NCBI RefSeq assembly: GCF_902459465.1
Contig: NC_047079.1
Coordinates: forward strand, 7,998,001-8,062,000
From: Asterias rubens
Taxonomy: Eukaryota
DNA: 64,000 bases
Reading direction: 5' to 3'
Under the pieces are notes generated by a model, which searched no databases, had not been told where the DNA came from, and saw only the letters and a program-made list of their open reading frames with translations. This document shows positions 22,701-34,799 of the stretch, one piece after another. Position numbers and translations under genes: made by a program. Every line of letters starts with the position of its first letter. The stretch's first letter is position 1.

Positions 22701-25700
22701 GTAAAAAGAGGCAGCTAGAAAGGCTGCATGCCTATAATATTTTGAAATTGAAAAAGTGCCGAGTCCCATTATGGCTAGCTCATTAGCTCTATTGTTTATT
22801 GTCCCTTCTCTATTCTGGACCATGTTGATGTTTCTCAAGATCTGTAGTGATTGAATCTTAATGACTGCATACTACTCTTATTTACAGTAATGCTGATATG
22901 TTACCTCTTCTACAAGACACCATTGATGAGGTAAGATTCTCAAGAAACAATTAAAGGTCATGTAACTTTATCTAATAATGGCAACAGTATCAATCTCTGA
23001 GAGAGAAAATGTTGTACAAAATTTGCTTTGTCAAATAATTGGTTTTGAATATCATTTGCCAATGCAACTCTGTCATATTTCTTTCTATATGATCTATTCC
23101 ATTCTTATATGCATTATTTATATTCTTTAATAGATTCTAGTGACGTTGGACGAGTATCACCAAGACGTTGCTCCGATGATGATTGATGTCTTGAAGACTC
23201 TCGTTGTTGCAATCATCAGATGGTTCCCTGAGGAAAAGGTACCCCAGAGTACTTCAAACTAATACTCAAGCCTGGTTCATACTACCTGCGAATGCAATAT
23301 AAACTTTAACATCGCAAAGTTGCAACTAATAATTCAGAAAAGTTGAACCATCCTTTCATATATTTTGTTTTGTATATTTTGACTTTTTGTTATTAGAAGA
23401 ACAGATCACCATTAGAAGGGCAGGAAAGTGATGAGCAATCCGTAGATGAGTCTCAATCCAACAATCAACCTGTAACTCATCAAACAATCAAAGAATTCTT
23501 CCTTGAACACCTTCGACTCAAGCGCCTTGCGCATGGTGATGTACGAGAAGAGGATATAGAGGGTAGTGTTGATGATAGCTCTGGAGAGGAGGTTGATGAT
23601 TGTGAGGATGAGGTTGATAAGGAGAAGGAATTACCTCTACATGTTAAGACTGTGAAAGAGGTAAATTAAAAATAATGACTTTTAGTGAGCTTGCAACATC
23701 TTGGATGTGTTGCCCATGATAACGTTAAATGTACTATTCTTTGTATTTATAAAACTGATTTTTGAAAACTTTTTTTCTCAATCTATTACAGAATCAATTC
23801 TACTGATGACTTTTTTTTTTTACTGACTGTTTTGTTTGTTTATTTCTTTTAAGGTTCTCTCCAGATGTCTCCATTTCCTGTCATCCAGCGACCCACGGCT
23901 ACGTCTTAAAGTTCTTGACATTATTCAAAATGGCATCATAGCTCTACAAAACTATAAAGGTAGACAAGACAGTAGTAATACAGTGATTTCACTTTGTAAT
24001 ATAATTCAATGTAAGAAATTTGTCTGTTATCTTGAGTAACTTTGACAGTGTGAAATCATTAAAGGTCATTGATTGTTTTTTGTGACCCTTCCTTCAAAAA
24101 ACAAACTGTTGAGGTGTGTACTTTTTCAGCTCTATGCGGAACACTTCATCAAAACAAAGTATCAAGCGGAATCATTCTTGCAAAATGTGACAAGCTTCCA
24201 AGCTTCTAAAATTTACCCAATGTAAATTTTTGTCTAAGACGCAAATTTAAAAACAGTTTTGAGGCTTCAAGGCCTGTTTCAGTAGTCAAACAATGTTTGA
24301 TGTCAATCTGTTGCGGTCCCTATTTGGCTTTTTCCATTGTTTATTTGTTAACTTACTTTTTTACTTTTAACTATTTGTTCACACTTTGTATACTTTTTAT
24401 TTCTAGGCCTACTCATGTATTTGTTTGTTAAATATTGGTTACTTTTTTGTTTTTTTGTTTGGATTACTTTTTTATTCATCTTCTTGTATATTTCTTTGTA
24501 ATTTTGTTTTGTTTGTCTTGGTCTAACTTTGTTCCATTCAGATGAACTGTTGCCACTGGTTCACAGACTCTGGCCTGCCTTTGTTCAACGTTTCAAGGAT
24601 ACCGAGCAACTGGTATCCTGCAAAGCCTGTGAAGCACTAGTTACAATGGGGGATACCAGTGGTGATTTTATACAGAAGAGGATCATAAAGGACGTGTGGT
24701 TTAAACTGGTGTCCTTTCTTACAACACAATCCAATATCAGGTAAACTTTTAATAGCACTCTGCTCTGCATTAATGCGAAAAAATAGATGCCAAGTAGGCA
24801 GTTGTCAGAAAAAGGGTCAAATTTTACTAATGAGCACCCACAACCAAGGTTTGTGTGTACTGACTAAATTACCTGTGCTGATAGGTGCATCAATGATGCA
24901 GTGATTGGGTAAGTGGTTGATGATTGTCTGACAGCCGAGTGTTTTGAGCAACAGTGATGCCATTAGGGCGAAGGGCTTTAGTATTGGTACTAAATGTTAA
25001 TTTTTCTAATATTATTATAATTAGTTAATTAACTGTCCTCATGAGAAACTTTATACCAGGTATCTGTTTTCTCAAGAACCCCCCATTCTCCAACGTGTAG
25101 CTGGTATTTCTTGTTCTATTCCCTAAGCACTACTTTGCATCATTTGGTACATGTTGTGCTATTGCTAACTTTCTTGACTTTGTGTTCTTTCAGCGAGAAG
25201 TGTGGTCCAGCTTACAGACATACCCCTTCCTGTAAACTACAGCTAGCCATCTTTGCTCTCCTTGGTCCTCTTTGTATTACAACAAGAATAGGAGGCAGTG
25301 AGTTGGCTACGATGGCTTCTGCCTGCCTGCCTTACCTGAATGCTAGACAACCTGAGGTCTTACAGCATGCTGCATTCAATGTCTTCAAGACGTTTGGTAG
25401 TCTGGAACCTGATGCAGTGTGGCTTGCATTAAATGATATCTACTGCCCAACCACTCTGACGGCACCTCATGAATGCTTTCAGTTACACAAGGTAAAGATT
25501 GAATGATCATCATTGAATGATCATCATTGATGCAAGAGAGTAACACAATCAATAATAGTTGGCAAATTGCCATCTAGTTCAATCCCATGTAATTAAACTC
25601 AAAATTATTTGGCTTTGGAAAGTTTCTGTTAGGGCCGAAACGTTAGGCCTTTGATTTTTTAGGTCCATTTTTGGTTGGTAAGCAGTTTACAACATTTTAT

Positions 25701-25874
25701 TCTACTTTCTCAATAAAAACATTTCAAAACAAATTGCCACCTTGCAAACACTCTGTTGAGTTTTTGATCATTATTCCTAATTTATATTTTCAGTTTGTTG
25801 GTGAGACTCATCCCCAGAGAAACCAATACTCGAAGAATGTCCAGAAACTTCTTGATCAACTTAATACTTGGTGA
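13793..25874 (+). CDS. TTI1: TELO2-interacting protein 1 homolog (TTT complex, HEAT repeats), about 1078 aa
   Basis: Exons 13793-13974, 14395-14534, 14772-14847, 15483-15628, 16921-17033, 17393-17404, 17654-17922, 18257-18486, 18880-18936, 19265-19390, 19733-19858, 20203-20401, 20730-20934, 21169-21254, 22401-22574, 22888-22930, 23134-23238, 23397-23660, 23854-23959, 24542-24740, 25194-25491, 25794-25874 (3237 nt, phases consistent). N-terminus [12 protein letters not shown]...[10 protein letters not shown], plus [23 protein letters not shown] and [10 protein letters not shown], match recalled TTI1 sequences. An in-frame TGA lies upstream of the ATG. Confidence 0.92.
14221..14347 (+). repeat. 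Dispersed AAGGGCACC-rich repeat; other copies at 52901-53035 (+) and 48316-48425 (-)
   Basis: Shared CACCCTATGAGGAAAT...AATTTCTACTG..GCATTTCAAGGGCACCAAGGCAATGACCA. Confidence 0.75.
14820..15195 (+). repeat. 64-bp tandem array (6 copies, one of 54 bp) spanning a TTI1 donor
   Basis: Unit AGACTTTGTTAAAACGTGCTTCAAATGA|GTGAGTTACTATCAAATCCTTTGTCTCCCAATTAAT. Confidence 0.95.
15692..16069 (+). mobile_element. Kolobok-type MITE family A copy 3 (TTI1 intron)
   Basis: TTAA on both sides; same TIRs and internal sequence as copies 1 and 2. Confidence 0.8.
16118..16885 (+). repeat. 96-bp tandem array, 8 copies, intronic in TTI1
   Basis: Units start at 16118, 16214, 16310 and so on to 16790; the array ends about 35 bp before the acceptor at 16920. 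Confidence 0.95.
17060..17320 (+). repeat. Degenerate TGATTGA/TTATTGC low-complexity repeat upstream of the TTI1 microexon
   Basis: Repeated ATTGCATTGATT...TTTTCTGTTT units. Confidence 0.7.
18880..19160 (+). repeat. 71-bp tandem array consisting of a whole TTI1 57-nt exon plus 14 nt, 4 copies
   Basis: Exon copies at 18880-18936, 18951-19007, 19022-19078 and 19093-19149, separated by GTAAGTGTTTATAG. Confidence 0.95.
21284..21665 (+). repeat. 76-bp tandem array, 5 copies (TTI1 intron)
   Basis: Unit ATGAGTCTCTGATTCAGAGGCTT...AAAGTTGACATCCTACTGATCCAGCAAAACATTGCTACAC. Confidence 0.95.
21719..22227 (+). repeat. 86-87-bp tandem array, 6 copies (TTI1 intron)
   Basis: Unit GCTGGCTCAAAGGACATCACCCAATGAACGATCCATCAGCTTTATGCAAGCATTGGGAAAACAATGTGCTTTCTATTGTGGAGCTG. 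Confidence 0.95.
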
Positions 25875-26092
25875 GATCAATTCCCTGAATACTTGTGTGA
25901 TTATAACACCAATGTATGAAAATGGGCCAGACTATTGTTGCTTTCCACCTCCATGTGGACTTGTATGGAGGGAATAACAACTTGTCATAACTAGGAAATT
26001 AAGTTGAGGTCATATGCCAGGCACTCAATTCATGACGTTAGACTCTTTTAGTTTCCTAAAGCCCAGTTTATACGAACTGCAACTTCCCGTAA

Positions 26093-26237
26093 AGGTAGTC
26101 GACACTATTGGTAATTACTCAAAATAATTATTATCATAAAATCTTACTTGGTAACGAGTTATGGGGAGCTGTTGATAGTATAAAACATTCTGAGAAATGG
26201 CTCCCTCTGAAGTAACGTGGTTTTTGAGAAAGAAGTT
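26093..26237 (-). mobile_element. Truncated, inverted MITE family A copy downstream of the TTI1 stop
   Basis: GACACTATTGGTAATTACTCAAAATAATTA... is the reverse complement of the 3' end of family A. Confidence 0.65.
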
Positions 26238-27711
26238 TACATCTAATATCCACTATAGATCATGTGCACACAGAGCTCCAGTTTAGGCTCCAAGAGTTAT
26301 TTGAAAGTGTGCGCTTTTGGTATGGGATTTGAACAGGCAGCGAAAGCATAAGCAGGTGTAGAAGCCTTGTTTTGATAATAGCCTATGATAAATTCAGATA
26401 AGGGAGTTTTTATCCCAGAAGTTTAAGTATTGTGGTAACCACAAATTCCTAACCATTTTTTTGTAGGCTGTTAGTGATAGTCTATTCTGAGGACTGTGCA
26501 ATGTTGTTACATCATACATAGAGTGCTTGGCTTAGCCCCAGCCTTTCAAATAATTCTTTGGTTTATACCAATACCTTGGCGCTATATAAATTCCCTCTGA
26601 TTGATTGATTGAATACCTGAATGTAGACTTTGACCCCATCAGTCGGAGCTAGTAACCATGGTAATACCTTTAACCTTAAGATAGGAAAGTTGACAACCAA
26701 ATAATTTGGAGACAAATAAACCATTTCTTGTAAAAATTATCTCCTGGCAGTTGTATTTATCACAATTATTGTAAGTGAATAACATAAAAATACACACACC
26801 TCAATTTTTTAATAACCAATTAATAATGCTTTACGAATGTTTATACAAGCTATTCTTCATACAATTGGGCAGTACATGCATAAACAAAATATTACCTTGA
26901 ACAACTGGAGAAAAAAAATACTTGGTCACCCATTTTAAAATAACATAACAAGCTAACTTGAAAATATATAACATAGAATTGCCTTTGACGAGGCAGTGCA
27001 CACTGGTTAATCTTAAACTGTTCAAACATTGTAAAAGATTGGTGTGTACAAAGTACTGGGAGTACAGTTTTTAAAAAAATGCAATGGATCTATAACAGCA
27101 ACATACTCGGAAGATGTTTTGGGCAGCAGAGTATTTCTTCTAGAATTAGAAGTTAAGCCATTTGCAAGAATGGAGCTGTATTGGCAAGTATTAAAAATCT
27201 TCACATATCAAATCTTAACTTCTGTCAAGAGATGCTGAACTTTTTGTAATTAAGTTTCACCTGAATCTTGACCTGATAAAAATTGGCACAGTTTTAAAAT
27301 ATATTTAACACATTTTAAAATGATGCAATAAAAGTACTGAAACCACCTAAAACCTTATCTGAATTCTACCTCTAAAAACAAAGAAAACTATTTTTGTATG
27401 AGGCTAATAGAATAACAAAATATAAGTCAAGACTGATTTCGCTGTATTGATAATTGTAAAATTGTTAAATTTGACGGTTCCTAGAAATAAAACAAGTAAA
27501 AAAACAAAAGTTGCAGTGCTTGCACAGGGGACATTTGTTTTGGCAGTGACTTCAAACTACAAATGTATCTGTGCAAACAGATGTTACTAGTGTTTCCACT
27601 TTGAGTATAAAGTTTGTTGCTACACTATCATCTTTTGTCAAAGAAAACAAAATCTAAAAACCACAACAACAAAACAAACTCAGCTGTGTCAACTTCAAGT
27701 CGTCTTTCCCT

Positions 27712-30700
27712 TCAGTTTCTGTAGAACCCTTCATCATCTGATCGAACATTTGGAGTAAGAAGTCCTCTTGCTTCGTCTTCACTCATTACGTCAGTCCTTC
27801 TATACAGACGGAACTGTAAAAGCATCTTGTTTAGTTTTCATTAAGGAAATATGTATCCGATTGTTTCCATGGAAATAATATCAAGACATTCTTTGAGTTC
27901 CACTGTCATTATTACTCGCATCTACTAGTAAGTTCTGTTTTATGAGCATTACCCAAGACAAAGTCATAAGGTAGTTAGGGTTAGGAGAGAATACATCGGT
28001 TCACATTTCTCTTAAACTACAGTAGATTGTAAGATGGTGGAGGAAAATGGTAAAAAGTTCTAGAGTGCTGGCAGTTTGGAGGGAAAACCTTGCCCAATGT
28101 CTCACAGTACTAGTTTTAGGAACAGATACAGTAAAGGGATAAGAGAATATGGTAATTGTGAACTACACAGGCCAATCAGAAGGGACAGTACTTTACATGA
28201 CGTGGCAAACAGGATTGCATTTGCTCCCAAAATAAAGTTGATTCCTAGTCAGTGTTAAGATGTAAGTTGAAGTGTACCATACAACATTTACATACATCTA
28301 CCCAGATTTGTATAACTATTTGATATGAGTTACTCGCTCTAAAACATTCATACAAACCTTAGTTTGCAAATGCACAAAGTTTGACCAAATTTATCACCAA
28401 TCTGTCACTCAACATATCAAGAACCCTGATCATAATAAGTTTGTCAGCCTGAGTTACCCAACATAACTTTTTTTTTTAAAGGATACAATGCAGTCAAAGC
28501 AGAGTGTTCCCAGGCTACCCACAAGCCATGGGAAATGTCGTACGATGAAGACGGGAGTTGTATTTTCCATTATGATTGAGAGACCATAGAATACATTCCC
28601 TAAGACAGTCAGAACGAACATCATGACGGCTACACCTTCAGTAGACTTACGTTTGTACTGCAAAAACACAAAACACAAATCTTATATTTAAGATGTAAGC
28701 AAGTTAAGAGACAGAACGATACTGTGATACAGAAGAACAACTATCTCAAGGCGTCTTTAAGTACCCTTGTGGTCCAATATTTAATGAATCATACTTTTTA
28801 AAGTTACATATTCACCCCAATCCAAGAAAATCATAATAAATCATTTTTTGATGATATTCTACACCAATTCAAGGTTATCACAAATTATGGTATAAATTCG
28901 AAATTTTTATCTAATTAATTACTCAATGGCATTGTATTTTTTTTAACACCAATCATTTAAAATTTACCCGGTCAGTTTCCCTGTGGTTTATTATTGAACA
29001 TTGTTAAACACTGTCAATGGCTTATAATTGTGAACTTACATTCTTATAAAGTTGAGGTATTCTGGAAGCTAAATAGAAAACAGCGGAAATACATCCACAG
29101 GAGTAGCCAATAATTTCCTTGTCATCCTGAAAGAAATCAAACAATTAATGTTTAAGATCATGCTGGAAAAGTGCATAACTTAGTGATACATGTGGGACTG
29201 CATAAAAACAACTCTACTGAGGGAATTTGTGCAGACAACAATAAGAAAATAAAGAAGAAGATTCTATGTGAAGCATAGTTAGAAGATGGAGTAGTCCTTA
29301 GACCAACATGCTGCCCGTCAAGAGTTCCTCAAGTCAACAAAGCCTTTGCATCCACATAATTGGATAGAAGACGGCTAACTTAGGTTGCTAATGAAATGGT
29401 TTCCCCCAAACTCCAAAATGGTTTCCCCCAAACCTTAATACTCACATAAAATAAACATTTACCAGTTCCAAAGAACGGTACTTGACATATAGTAGTCTCT
29501 ACACCAAGGAGTGATCGTCCTGACCTCCAGCTCCCATCATGCATTGTTGGTTGTTGTTGTTGCCATGGTGATAAGGATAGCCAGCTGGTTCCACCCATTA
29601 TAAGAAGACTCCCAATGCCGAATATAACTTGACTGTTTTGTGGTTTTGTTTCACTACATGTATCATAGCTTCTCTGAAGACCTGGATTCATAAATACATT
29701 GTTATAAATGATGTTAATTTTCTTTTGTGGATAATTGTGAATATTATTGAAATAAAACAATTAGTATCAAAGTGCAATAGACTCACAAAAAAATACCACC
29801 TTTCGAACAAGTTTGGATACATCCATTGTGGGCCAGAAACCATTGTTTAACAACTTCCAATCTATTCTATGGCAACAATTGATTGAATAATGAAATAATA
29901 AACTAATATGATATGCAGTTGAAATCAAGGTCAATAACCAATAAACTGATGATAACGTGTTGTTTAGTATTGACCTTTGTTCCCACAATATCTGATAAAA
30001 CCACTGAATATAAGAACGAGCCATTTCCACTTTCTGAACCAAAACTTTGACAAGGAAGATTTCACAAAGAATTAGATTCCCACAAAACAAACAAACCAAT
30101 AAATAGAATTAAAAAAATAGAAAGAAAAACCCCAGAAGAATTTCTCTTTGAGAGCTAACCTTCCGTGAGCTGCCGCCTTCTTTTATTTTTGATGTAGTAG
30201 TAAGTAAACTGTAGTATGACTAGCGAATCCATTCCTATGTAGTAATACGCTACAGCTATCTGCATAGGAAATAAATACATGTAGATAATAAACCACAAGT
30301 CAAATCATAAAAAGATCGTATTTGACTATTGGTGATGAACTCATCAAGCACACCTGATTCCTGTAGGACACAGTTTCATAAAGCTGTATAGCAGAAAAAA
30401 CTGGTTAGCAAATTTATTTGCACAGTGACAGTGAGGTACCAGTCACAATAATGTAAACGTAATGTCATTTTGGCTGGTAGCTTGTTTCCATTTAGCAATA
30501 CTTTTCTGTGCTAAGCAATTTTTTGTGCTTGCAGGCTTTATGAAATTGGGTCCTGGGTTGTTCATGTTTGATTACTGTACTATGACTAGATGTAAAGCAA
30601 TGGAAACTGTTTTTTAAGAACATTGCAGCTGTGCTATCTTTCTTTCATTGTTCATGAGGTTGGAGTTTGGGTATAAATTTCGTTATCGGTAATCCTATTA

Positions 30701-32492
30701 ACCATAAGTTTTCGGCACCCAGCTAAATGCAATACAGTTGAAATGAAAACCCCACTTACTGCAGCAAAATGCAACAGATGATTATGTTACATTGTGAAGT
30801 GAACTGCATGGTCTACACAAGCCTTGGCACTAGGTAGTCACCAAACTAAATGCACCAATAAGCATTGAAGTTTAATGGGAACTTTGGATTGTACATTGAC
30901 ATGCCAAAGCTATTATGAACCCTGGTAAATGCAGCACAGTTAACTGCTAAATGCAATAGACTACATTAGTTTTTTCATAATGGCAAATTTTTGCATGAAA
31001 AACATGACAAAGTTATGTCAGCCTTGAAGACAAACGACAGTCACTTTACCTGTGTACCAAGTTGCTTACTTAGCACACTACCGGTGAGATTAGATACATC
31101 ACCTAGCAACCACAAGAGAAGGAAGACTGGTGAAATAGCTTCGTCCATATGACCAGTCTTATAAGCATCGTAGAATTGTCTGCAGTAGGACACAATTTAA
31201 TTAGTTATAAATGGTGTACAGTACTTTAAAAGCATTGGATTATATAACTACATGAGCCAGAATATCAAAATTAGAATCAGAATCACTGCACCAGCTTTTG
31301 TAAAGAGGACAGTGGCGACGAGTTGGGAGGAAAACCCTAAAATGCAGTCAGGTAGACACTGAAAACCCAATCCACATGCAAGGCTTTGGTCCGGGAATCA
31401 AACCGGTCAACAGAGGTGAAAAGCATGAAGAAAAAAAAAACCACTTAAATAGAATTCAGCAAAATAAATTGAGTTAATTCTCAGTTCAGTTTAGAATGGA
31501 CGATCTGTTGCTCTTTAGAAATGTTAGAACATGGCTGTGTTAGACAGAGAGGCATCTTGGATGCTTCTTTGGGCAACCGATGTCGACTGTACAGTATATT
31601 TGTGTTACAAGTAAATTTAACGCACTATTTTTAAATTTACAGCAACTTTGGACTAACTATTCAAACTTCTGAAAATATCAATTCTATACTTGAGGCAGAT
31701 TGAGCAAGATGAACTGAAAAACAATGCATTTTGTTGACTGGACTCAGATTATAGCTTCTAACTGAACAACTGGTGGAATGTTGGTTTCAACAAACAGCTG
31801 TGTTTGACAACTTTGAGGGATAAGAATGCTGGTTTGTTGTCAAAAGTTACTGATTAACTGAAACAATAGATTGAAAAGTGACTCATTCAAATAAAAAGTG
31901 CTTTAACCTTAGAAAGTAGGTTGTGCAGATACATAGGACATGGAGCTATGCAGCGGATTGCAGCCCACACTGCATTGGTTGGAGGTCATAGGAGGAGACC
32001 AATTGAGGTCATGGCAGGTCATGAAGGTCACCAACACATCATGTGGTCTACAACATTAAGCCAATTTGAGATATGGTGACACTATGGGTTTGGGTAAGTC
32101 TGTATCAACCAACCCAAATAGTGTCCACTATATCTCAAAAATCCTAATGGATTTTCCATGGACAATCTGCCTCTTGTATCTCTCTGGGCATAGTTTAGGA
32201 GAAGACTATTCCAACCAACAGGCAAACAGAGTATAGCTTCTTATAATAGTCTTTTAACATTAAATTGCAAGAGGTGAACTACTCACGGAAGAAACACCAC
32301 CAACCAGCATAGGATGGAAATTAGACCCAGAAAGAATCCAGCATACTGAACATTATCCACAACGCACTCATGGAATATATGCCACACCCAAGGTACACCT
32401 CCTAATATGGTACAGTTTACGTCTGGATCGGGGAGTGGATGAGGGTGTGGTCCCCACACTGAAGGGTCATCAAAGTCAAGACCAAGTGACAT
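27712..32492 (-). CDS. SLC66A1: Lysosomal cationic amino acid transporter, PQ-loop repeat-containing protein 2 (LAAT-1) homolog, about 347 aa
   Basis: Exons 32492-32287, 31179-31050, 30259-30160, 29681-29446, 29126-29040, 28657-28487, 27825-27712. Two PQ motifs (FLPQFY, SRIPQLYKN), LGLISILCW, WLLGDVSNLTG, RKSTEG, PWLVGSLG and a C-terminal acidic-dileucine-like EARGLL. The donor at 29446 is uncertain but gives the required phase 0. A probable 5'UTR exon ends at 33136. Confidence 0.88.
30364..30555. mobile_element. MITE with (C/T)AGGACCCAATTTCATAAAGC-type TIRs; related truncated copy at 41393-41538
   Basis: TAGGACACAGTTTCATAAAGC ... GCTTTATGAAATTGGGTCCTG. Confidence 0.65.
31300..31430 (-). mobile_element. 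Probable SINE-like fragment in a PQLC2 intron
   Basis: On the minus strand, a B-box-like GGTTTGATTCCCGG followed by GTGGATTGGGTTTTCAG. Confidence 0.3.
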
Positions 32493-33249
32493 ATTGATGG
32501 GTTCCAAAAGGAATCTGTGATGAAATCCTTCCTGTAAATAAAATAAAAATAAAAATTGATAATTTCATTCGGAGGAGTATCGTAGGATGTCCCGTTTTCA
32601 AGGTGTCCCTAAAATCGATTACCTCCCTGCGCGCTATGCAAACAGTCCCTAGACAAATTTGTTGTGGTTTGACTTGCCAAATGTTGGGGCCATTTAAAAA
32701 CAATTGCCCACCCAATTATATCAAACACTTTTCAATTCACAATGGCAATGCACGATGATCAAATCTAATGAAAAAAGTGGTGTCCCTGACCCTGTAAAAT
32801 ATTTTTTTCCGTGATTTCTTCCTGATATTATAACAATTCTTTGGTTTATATTATTTGCTGTTTTTGAAGTTGCGATAACGTAACCCTAACCATGCCCTAA
32901 CGTAACCCTCCTACCTCCTTGCCTTGAAAACAGGAAAAACTCAAAACAATGGGATCAGTTGAAGTCATCAAAGATCGGTGTGTGGTGTGGGATGAGAAAA
33001 TTTCAGTATCCATCTTTGTCCATCAAGTTTTAATCATGGAGGTAGATTTCTACCTCCATGTTTTAATATTATGTATGCATACTTCATATTAACAAATGAA
33101 GATAATTAGGGAGAATATCTAAGTAGTTTACTTACCAAAGTGTAGTGTAAGATGACAATCAACAGAACACGATACGAATTTTATTTCGCCCTCTCTGGTC
33201 TCTGCGGTGACCGGTGGTGATGACTGATGTCGTAATTAAATTGAATTAT

Positions 33250-34505
33250 AACAAATTAAAATAACACTTCTGTCAACAAAAAAAGTGTTGGTTGGTTGGC
33301 TGCCTCAGTAATACACACTGTCACAACATCCCCAGTCCCCACGACAAACGCATCCAAACGTCTGTTCTCCAGTTTTGAACTAACGAAACGACAACTTCTG
33401 TGTCACTGCTGTATGTGTCAGAATGGACGCCAAAATCCGCCGGAAGGACGGTCTTGACGTGCAGAGTGTAGAGCATGCAGAGAGAGCTAGAGACTAGACG
33501 TGAACAATCAACAAGAGTTTCGCCTCAGTCACGGAGTGTCACGTGAACTTTTGTCATGTGACATTATAAAGCTCTCACTCGTCTACCGCGCGAGGGCGAC
33601 ACACACTATCTTTTTGGTCATAGACCTTATCGCAAATACCAATGCGCACGCGCAGACTGTTGAATGAGGTGCAATGTGGGATATATATGGATCAAATTTG
33701 GATACCAGCAAGACCACAATGCACCTAATTCCTAGCTTTACGCGCGCGCCCCGGTATTTGCGAAAAGGTCTATAGAAATAGAACCCGGGTTTTATTTCTA
33801 TGTCTTGGGCAGAAAAAAAAAGAAATAAAGTAAACAATCAAAACATAATAATTGTAATTAAATTGTCGCCTTCCCTTTTCCTTCTTTGTACAATTTTCTT
33901 TGGTGTGTTTTAATATCAGATTTATACGACTATTTAAAATGTATTCATATTATAGGCAAGCCGCAATTTTGTTTGGCCTATATAAGTAGTAATGGAGGAA
34001 GGAATATGGTAATATTCTATAGATATTATCAATAGAATAATGGATTTGTTTTAGAAAAAATTTGCCGAACAAAAAAGGCACTTATTTTATCACGTTTGTA
34101 CTCGTATAGGAAGACGACGACGAAGAAGAAGAAAGCCCCAAAAGCCGGTAGGCCCTAACTAACTACCCCGATAAGTACACCCCACCCACCCTTATTTCCC
34201 CTGCTACTGCCCCACGTGGGCTGGGTATAAACCCCGGTAAATTCTGCTCCCAATATTCTTGCTAGCTAGTAGTACAGGTTATTGGGCCATGCAAATTAAT
34301 TTTGAATCTTATACTTTAATGCAATTTCGCTAAATTATATTATACATTTTACCACACCCCAACCCCAGCCCCGCCCATTAACTGCCGTAATATAGCGCCC
34401 CCATCGTCCATATTGAGCAATTTCCATGACGTATATTTTCCGAACATTACACGAACATACCCGAACTTTTTGTCTTCGTCTCCTAGCCGGCTAAGGCAAG
34501 CTTAG
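33250..34505. promoter_or_regulatory. Head-to-head promoter region between PQLC2 (-) and eIF4G (+), with tandem CLEAR/M-box-like E-boxes
   Basis: CpG-rich. GTCACGTGAA at 33538-33547 and GTCATGTGAC at 33553-33562. Probable first exons face outward on each side (minus-strand donor at 33135, plus-strand donor at 34506). Confidence 0.5.
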
Positions 34506-34640
34506 GTACGACATGTGTATTTTCTGTTTAAATCACACGACATCCTTCCCAAATACAAGCCTTTTATGAACTCCTTGACATTTGTGGTAAGAAAAAATGT
34601 ATTATTTATTCTATCAGTGTAATATTTTCTTATTTTACAG

Positions 34641-34799
34641 GAGATAACGCCAAGAAAAGGCGAAAACGGCGAGTCCTTTTACAGGACTACCGTGTCTAAG
34701 TTCACGTTGCAATGAGCTATTCTTCTCACAAGCAGCCCAACAAACCAGGTGTGCCACAGCCGCAGATTCCAACAAATCTTGGTTTTCGGCCACAGCCAC
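34641..34799 (+). CDS. Candidate upstream eIF4G exon with ATG at 34712 encoding MSYSSHKQPNKPGVPQPQIPTNLGFRPQPQ
   Basis: Good acceptor (ttttacag, 34640). The P/Q-rich peptide resembles eIF4G N-terminal composition. A candidate UTR exon upstream ends at 34505 (GTACGA). The best donor is phase 2 while exon 43625 is phase 0, so a linking exon is missing. Confidence 0.35.

Noticed and set aside
25628-25652. GGCCGAAACG as a hammerhead 3' core
   Set aside because: No upstream CUGANGA box nearby.
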